From a bacterium (GTDB lineage: Bacteria; Patescibacteriota; Minisyncoccia; RBG-13-40-8-A): a DNA stretch of 11,128 nt. The notes beneath the pieces were generated by a model, which had not been told where the DNA came from, made no database searches, and was given only the letters and a program-made list of their open reading frames with translations. Position 1 is the stretch's first letter, and each line of letters starts with the position of its first letter. The stretch is from assembly GCA_030692145.1 (NCBI GenBank), contig JAUYCU010000020.1, positions 1 through 11,128 of the forward strand, written 5' to 3'. Position numbers and translations under genes: made by a program. Positions 7,029 through 11,128 of this stretch are shown piece after piece.

Positions 7029-8438
7029 ATGCTTAAACTATTTAATACCCTAACTCGAAAAAAAGAACCATTTAAACCGATAAAAAATAAATCGGTACAT
7101 CTTTTTGTTTGTGGACCGACGGTTTATGACTATATGCATATTGGTCATGCAAAAACCTATATTCAATTTGATGTTATTGTAAAATATTTAAGATCTAGAG
7201 GATATAATGTTGTTTATCTGCAAAATATCACTGATCTGGATGATAAGATAATTAAAAGAGCGCAAGAAGAAAAAATAAAACCTTCGGAGTTGGCTCAAAG
7301 GTTCGAAGATTATTACCACGAAGACGAAAAAAAATTAAATATCACGGCTGTCACCAAATATGCTAAAGCAACTGATTATATAAAACAGATGGTTAAACAA
7401 ACTGAAGCTCTTATACAAAAGAGTTATGCCTACAAGATCTCTGACGGATATTATTTTGACATCTCAAGGTTCGCCGATTACGGCAAACTCTCACACAGAA
7501 CGGTTTTAGGAGCCGAGGATGCTGTTTCTCGAATAGATGATGGCTTAGAAAAAAGGAATAAAGGAGATTTTTGCTTATGGAAATTTTCTAAACCCAACGA
7601 ACCAAGCTGGGATTCTAAATTGGGCAAGGGTCGGCCCGGATGGCATATTGAAGACACGGCAATAACCGAAACAAACTTCGGCCCTCAGTACGATATCCAT
7701 GGCGGAGCCAGAGACTTAATCTTTCCCCACCACGAAGCTGAAATTGCTCAAATGGAGTCTGCGTCGGGTAAAAAACCATTAGTCAGATACTGGCTCCACA
7801 CTGGATTCTTAAATGTTGATAGCCAAAAAATGAGTAAATCGCTAGGAAATTTTATCACGGTTAGAGATGCTTTAAAAAAATATAATTATCGAGTTTTAAG
7901 ATTCTTTTATATTGCCAGTCATTATCGCAGCCCAATTGATTACAATGAACAATCCCTGGAAGGGGCTAAAAATAGCCTAGAAAGATTAAATGATTTTGTG
8001 GGGAATTTAGAATCTAACAAAAAAGATAACACAAAACTATTAAAAGAATTAAAAACGAACTTCCTTAAAGCAATGGATGATGATTTTGATACGGTAAAAG
8101 CCTTGGCTGTAATTTTTAATTTCATTAGAGATTCTTACAAAAATAAAGTTGGCGGTGAAAAAACTTATAAATTTTTCGAAGAAATCGACCAAATCTTCGG
8201 AATTTTAACTTTTAAAAAAAATATAACGGATTCGATCAGATTACAAGACGAATTAATAACTGTTTTCATTAAAGGCGGAGGAGATTTATCGCCAAAAGCC
8301 AGAAAGTTGGTGTTAGAAAGAGAAAAAGCCAGAAAAAGCAAAGATTTCAAGAAATCCGATGAGTTGCGCGAAAAAATAAAATCCCTCGGATATTCGATAG
8401 AAGACGCTGCCGATGGTCCGAAAGTGAAAAAAATTTAA
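7029..8438 (+). CDS. cysS: Cysteine--tRNA ligase, 469 aa
   Basis: The class I synthetase HIGH motif (YMHIGHAKT) and the KMSKS motif (QKMSKSLGN) are present. The N-terminus MLKLFNTLTRKKEPFKP is typical of CysRS. Confidence 0.96.
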   Translation: MLKLFNTLTRKKEPFKPIKNKSVHLFVCGPTVYDYMHIGHAKTYIQFDVIVKYLRSRGYNVVYLQNITDLDDKIIKRAQEEKIKPSELAQRFEDYYHEDEKKLNITAVTKYAKATDYIKQMVKQTEALIQKSYAYKISDGYYFDISRFADYGKLSHRTVLGAEDAVSRIDDGLEKRNKGDFCLWKFSKPNEPSWDSKLGKGRPGWHIEDTAITETNFGPQYDIHGGARDLIFPHHEAEIAQMESASGKKPLVRYWLHTGFLNVDSQKMSKSLGNFITVRDALKKYNYRVLRFFYIASHYRSPIDYNEQSLEGAKNSLERLNDFVGNLESNKKDNTKLLKELKTNFLKAMDDDFDTVKALAVIFNFIRDSYKNKVGGEKTYKFFEEIDQIFGILTFKKNITDSIRLQDELITVFIKGGGDLSPKARKLVLEREKARKSKDFKKSDELREKIKSLGYSIEDAADGPKVKKI

Positions 8439-8466
8439 CTCACCGAATATCCCCATTTTCTGAACA

Positions 8467-8497
8467 AAAGCCTGTTTGACGACAGGCTTTTTTGTTT
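8467..8497 (+). terminator. Rho-independent terminator after cysS
   Basis: aaagcctgt-ttgacg-acaggcttt followed by tttttgttt. Confidence 0.85.
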
Positions 8498-8510
8498 ATA
8501 AGATAGAAGT

Positions 8511-9869
8511 ATGGCAAAGGAAAAAGAATTCGAAAAATTACCGCCACAGAGCATTGAGGCCGAACAATCAGTTCTTGGTTCGTTGCTTTTGGATAAAAGA
8601 GCGATAATCAAAGTTGCCGATATTTTGTCTCCAGATGATTTTTACAGAGATGTACACAAAATTATCTACCAAACAATGTTCGAACTTTCCGAAAAAAGCG
8701 AACCAATCGACCTGATGACCGTGTCGAATCGCCTGGAAGAAAAAGAATTGCTAGATAAAATCGGCGGGTCAAGTTATCTGACTGCTCTGGTGAATTTCGT
8801 GCCCACTGCGGCAAACGCGGCACATTATGCGAAAATCGTTCAAAAGAAAAAAACATTAAGAGACTTAATCGAAGCAGCGCACAATATTACTCAAATCAGT
8901 TATCAAGAAATCGACGAAGTAGAAATGGTTTTGGATCAGGCGGAAAAAAATATCTTTGCTATCTCTCAGCGCTCTTTAAAACAATTTTTCACTCCGATAA
9001 AACCGGCGCTTGCGGAAGCGTTCGACAGGATCGACCAACTCCACAAACACGAAGGCGGAACACTAAGAGGTATTTCTACCGGATTTACCGATTTGGATAA
9101 TTACTTGGCTGGATTACAGAAAGGAGATTATATTCTTCTCGCAGCCAGGCCAAGCCTGGGAAAAACCACACTTGCTCTGGATATTGCCAGAAATGTCGCC
9201 ATAAAAGAAAAAGTTCCCGTGGGAATTTTCAGCTTGGAAATGTCCGCTTCGCAATTGGTAGACAGGATTCTTTGCGCCCAAGCAAAAATAGACTTATGGA
9301 AACTAAGAACCGGAAAACTTTCCAGCAAAGGCGAAGATAATGATTTTACAAGAATTCAGGAAGCAATTGGAATATTGTCGGAAAGCCCTATTTTCATTGA
9401 TGATAGCGCTAGCTCAAGCGTTCTGGAAATTAAAACCAAGGCTCGAAGATTGCAAGCCGAACATGGACTGGGACTGGTAATTGTCGATTATATCCAACTT
9501 ATCAATCCGATGAGTTCGCGCGAAAGCATTGTCCAGCAAATGACCGAAATATCGCGCTCATTAAAAGCCCTAGCAAGAGAACTGAACGTTCCGTTATTGG
9601 CGGTTTCCCAGCTCTCGAGAGCGACCGAACAACGCTCTCCGAGAATTCCGCGCTTGGCAGATTTGCGCGAGTCGGGTTCTTTGGAACAGGATGCGGATGT
9701 GGTTTTATTGATTTATCGCGAAGATATGGACATTAAACAAAGCGAAAGGAAAAATATCGCCGATATATTTATTGCCAAACACAGAAACGGCCCGATTGGC
9801 CAACTTGAGCTTTATTTTAACCAGGATTCCGTAACTTTTGAAACCCTGGAAAAAAGATACGACGAATAA
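8511..9869 (+). CDS. dnaB: Replicative DNA helicase DnaB, 452 aa
   Basis: The N-terminal DnaB domain (PPQSIEAEQSVLGSLLLD), Walker A (ARPSLGKTT) and the RecA-like helicase motifs to the C-terminus are all present. Confidence 0.96.
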   Translation: MAKEKEFEKLPPQSIEAEQSVLGSLLLDKRAIIKVADILSPDDFYRDVHKIIYQTMFELSEKSEPIDLMTVSNRLEEKELLDKIGGSSYLTALVNFVPTAANAAHYAKIVQKKKTLRDLIEAAHNITQISYQEIDEVEMVLDQAEKNIFAISQRSLKQFFTPIKPALAEAFDRIDQLHKHEGGTLRGISTGFTDLDNYLAGLQKGDYILLAARPSLGKTTLALDIARNVAIKEKVPVGIFSLEMSASQLVDRILCAQAKIDLWKLRTGKLSSKGEDNDFTRIQEAIGILSESPIFIDDSASSSVLEIKTKARRLQAEHGLGLVIVDYIQLINPMSSRESIVQQMTEISRSLKALARELNVPLLAVSQLSRATEQRSPRIPRLADLRESGSLEQDADVVLLIYREDMDIKQSERKNIADIFIAKHRNGPIGQLELYFNQDSVTFETLEKRYDE

Positions 9870-9871
9870 TT

Positions 9872-10501
9872 ATGCTACCGAAACCAATACAACAATTAAT
9901 TGATGAATTTGCGCAATTGCCTTCGGTCGGCCCGCGACAAGCCGCCCGATTTGTTTTTTATTTATTGAATCAACCCAAAGAGGAAATCGAAAAATTCGCC
10001 AAAAAATTATTTATTCTGAAGAAAATAAAATACTGTGCTTTCTGTAACCGCGCAATGGAAGCAACGGCGACCCACCTTTGCGAAATTTGCAAAAATACGA
10101 ACCGCGAAAGAACCGCAATTTGTATTGTGGAAAAAGATACAGACATTGAATCAATCGAAAAAACCAAAAGATATAACGGCATTTATTACGTAATTGGAAC
10201 AGAGGATGAAAATAGACAATTGGCACGACTGAGGAATCTTATCGAAAGAATCAAAAAATCCCGCCTACGCCAAGGCTCCGGCGGGCAAGCCAAAAAAGAT
10301 TTGAACGAAATAATTATCGCTACCGACGCAACCACCGAAGGAGAAACAATTGCCCTATACTCTGCCCGCTGTCTCGACGAATTGAAAAAAATCTATCCGC
10401 AATTAAAAATAACCCGTTTGGGTCGCGGGTTATCCACTGGCTCGGAACTCGAATATATGGATGAAGACACACTGACGAATGCCTTACTGGGAAGAAAATA
10501 A
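9872..10501 (+). CDS. recR: Recombination protein RecR, 209 aa, with an extra Gly-rich segment of about 13 aa
   Basis: An HhH N-terminus (LPSVGPRQAARFVFYLL), a C4 zinc finger (CAFCN...CEIC) and a Toprim domain (IIIATDATTEGETIA) are present. The start lies 2 bp after the dnaB stop. Confidence 0.92.
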   Translation: MLPKPIQQLIDEFAQLPSVGPRQAARFVFYLLNQPKEEIEKFAKKLFILKKIKYCAFCNRAMEATATHLCEICKNTNRERTAICIVEKDTDIESIEKTKRYNGIYYVIGTEDENRQLARLRNLIERIKKSRLRQGSGGQAKKDLNEIIIATDATTEGETIALYSARCLDELKKIYPQLKITRLGRGLSTGSELEYMDEDTLTNALLGRK

Positions 10502-10516
10502 ACCCCATTATAAATA

Positions 10517-10550
10517 AAAGAGATTGGCTATCCAATCTCTTTTTTGTTTT
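10517..10550. terminator. Bidirectional rho-independent terminator between the converging recR and small-protein genes
   Basis: aaagagattgg-ctat-ccaatctcttt with a T-run downstream on the plus strand (tttttgttttt) and an A-run upstream, giving a T-run on the minus strand. The TAG of the minus-strand small ORF falls in the loop. Confidence 0.85.
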
Positions 10551-10731
10551 TCCTGTCTCTGTTTTTTTTAGAAACAACCTCTGCTGTGATAAGACCTATC
10601 ACGAGAAGCACAACAAGCCCGCAAATGATCTTGACTTCAACCTTGCTTGGAGGAAAAGCCCACCACAAAAGAACTATGATAATCAAGCCTGGAACAAAAC
10701 GCGTCAATGGTTTATTATGCAAATGCTGCAT
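10528..10731 (-). CDS. Small hydrophobic protein, 67 aa, with two predicted TM helices and a basic C-terminus (KKNRDRKNKKEIG)
   Basis: A strong SD, GAGGAGG, lies 6 nt before the ATG at 10731. A perfect consensus promoter lies upstream. The product has two hydrophobic helices (GLIIIVLLWWAF; ICGLVVLLVIGLITAEVV). Confidence 0.6.
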   Translation of the reverse strand: MQHLHNKPLTRFVPGLIIIVLLWWAFPPSKVEVKIICGLVVLLVIGLITAEVVSKKNRDRKNKKEIG

Positions 10732-10748
10732 TCTAACCTCCTCAATTT

Positions 10749-10805
10749 AAAATCAGCTATATTTCAAGCTGATTTTATTATATACCTGGTAATAAATTGT
10801 GTCAA
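10749..10805 (-). promoter_or_regulatory. Perfect sigma70 promoter (TTGACA-N17-TATAAT) plus a 10-bp inverted repeat at the TSS, driving the small membrane-protein gene
   Basis: Minus strand: ttgaca (10805-10800), a 17-nt spacer, tataat (10782-10777). Immediately downstream is aaaatcagct-N8-agctgatttt (10776-10749). An A/T-rich UP-like tract lies upstream of the -35. Confidence 0.6.
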
Positions 10806-10870
10806 TAGTATATTGGTAGTCGAGAAACCCAAAGTTTTTATTTATATTAAGGGGTGAAAGTCATTAATGT

Positions 10871-10930
10871 AAAAAATAAAATAAGGGGGGTGTAAGGTCT
10901 CCCCCTTACCCGCCTTGACGCGAGGCAGGT
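10871..10930 (-). terminator. Probable terminator downstream of rplU: tandem GC hairpins then a U-run on the minus strand
   Basis: The minus strand reads acctgcctcgcgtcaaggcgggt, then aaggggg-agaccttacac-cccccctt, then attttatttttt. Confidence 0.55.
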
Positions 10931-10965
10931 TGGATAAATAAAAACTTTGGTTTTTGAGGATTGTA

Positions 10966-11128
10966 CTATGCGGCGATAATTTCTTTTATCTCCACTTCGG
11001 TAAAGGTCTGACGATGGCCTTTTTTTGTTGCTTCACGTTTCTTGGCTTTATACTTGAAAATAACCACCTTTTTGCCTTTACCCTGCTTCAAAATCGTAGC
11101 AACGACTTTCGCGCCTTTAATTGTCGGC
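10966..11128 (-). CDS. rplU: 50S ribosomal protein L21, C-terminal 53 aa (the N-terminus lies beyond the window edge)
   Basis: The reverse translation reads ...KVVIFKYKAKKREATKKGHRQTFTEVEIKEIIAA*. The GHRQ.FT motif is the conserved L21 C-terminus. TAG at 10968-10966. Confidence 0.88.
   Translation of the reverse strand, partial: PTIKGAKVVATILKQGKGKKVVIFKYKAKKREATKKGHRQTFTEVEIKEIIAA

Noticed and set aside
9141-9165. Hairpin ccaggc-caa-gcctgg followed by gaaaaacc in dnaB, resembling the GC palindromic element
   Set aside because: It encodes the conserved Walker A motif (ARPSLGKTT) in the sense frame. The similarity is best explained by codon constraints, not by an inserted element.
9970-10226. 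Minus-strand ORFs 9970-10182 and 10011-10226 inside recR
   Set aside because: They are antisense to a conserved RecR reading frame and have no expression signals.
10320-10750. ORFs 10320-10577 (-) and 10544-10750 (+)
   Set aside because: The first is antisense to the recR 3' end and runs across the terminator. The second is antisense to the better-supported small membrane-protein gene, which has the promoter and SD, and it lacks its own RBS.
1-11128. CRISPR arrays, tRNA/rRNA genes, IS elements or integrases
   Set aside because: No array of regularly spaced repeats, no tRNA-like cloverleaf candidates in the intergenic spaces, and no transposase or integrase-like ORFs. The only repeats are the short GC palindromes and the leader repeats described above.

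Overview
AT-rich (about 35% GC) bacterial chromosomal window with compact genes, few canonical Shine-Dalgarno sequences and strong sigma70-like promoters. The taxon is not certain; the organisation suggests a low-GC or Patescibacteria-like bacterium. The minus strand carries the heat-shock chaperone operon hrcA-grpE-dnaK-(polytopic membrane protein)-dnaJ. A perfect CIRCE operator (TTAGCACTC-N9-GAGTGCTAA) sits at the operon's promoter, and dnaJ runs off the 5' edge of the window. Upstream on the same strand is a stand-alone SPFH/band-7 (stomatin/prohibitin-like) membrane protein with its own consensus promoter and a terminator. A 270-bp divergent promoter region separates it from plus-strand corA, cysS, dnaB and recR. 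cysS and recR are each followed by a clear rho-independent terminator. The 3' end of the window has a small two-TM membrane protein gene and the C-terminal fragment of rplU (L21), both on the minus strand. No CRISPR array, rRNA/tRNA gene or recognisable mobile element is present. The most unusual feature is a short GC-rich double-hairpin palindromic element. It occurs twice in-frame inside the dnaJ G/F linker and once, inverted, immediately after the dnaK stop codon, with compensatory stem substitutions. A possibly related GC island encodes a roughly 13-aa insertion in RecR. This resembles the in-frame palindromic elements of Rickettsia (RPE) and REP elements. Other candidates are an uncharacterised membrane protein translationally coupled (ATGA) to dnaJ, an SD-sequestering hairpin in the corA leader, a tagagatt repeat array in the cysS leader, and a possible promoter embedded in the cysS terminator that would give a leaderless dnaB transcript. 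A tightly controlled small hydrophobic protein gene may be type I toxin-like.
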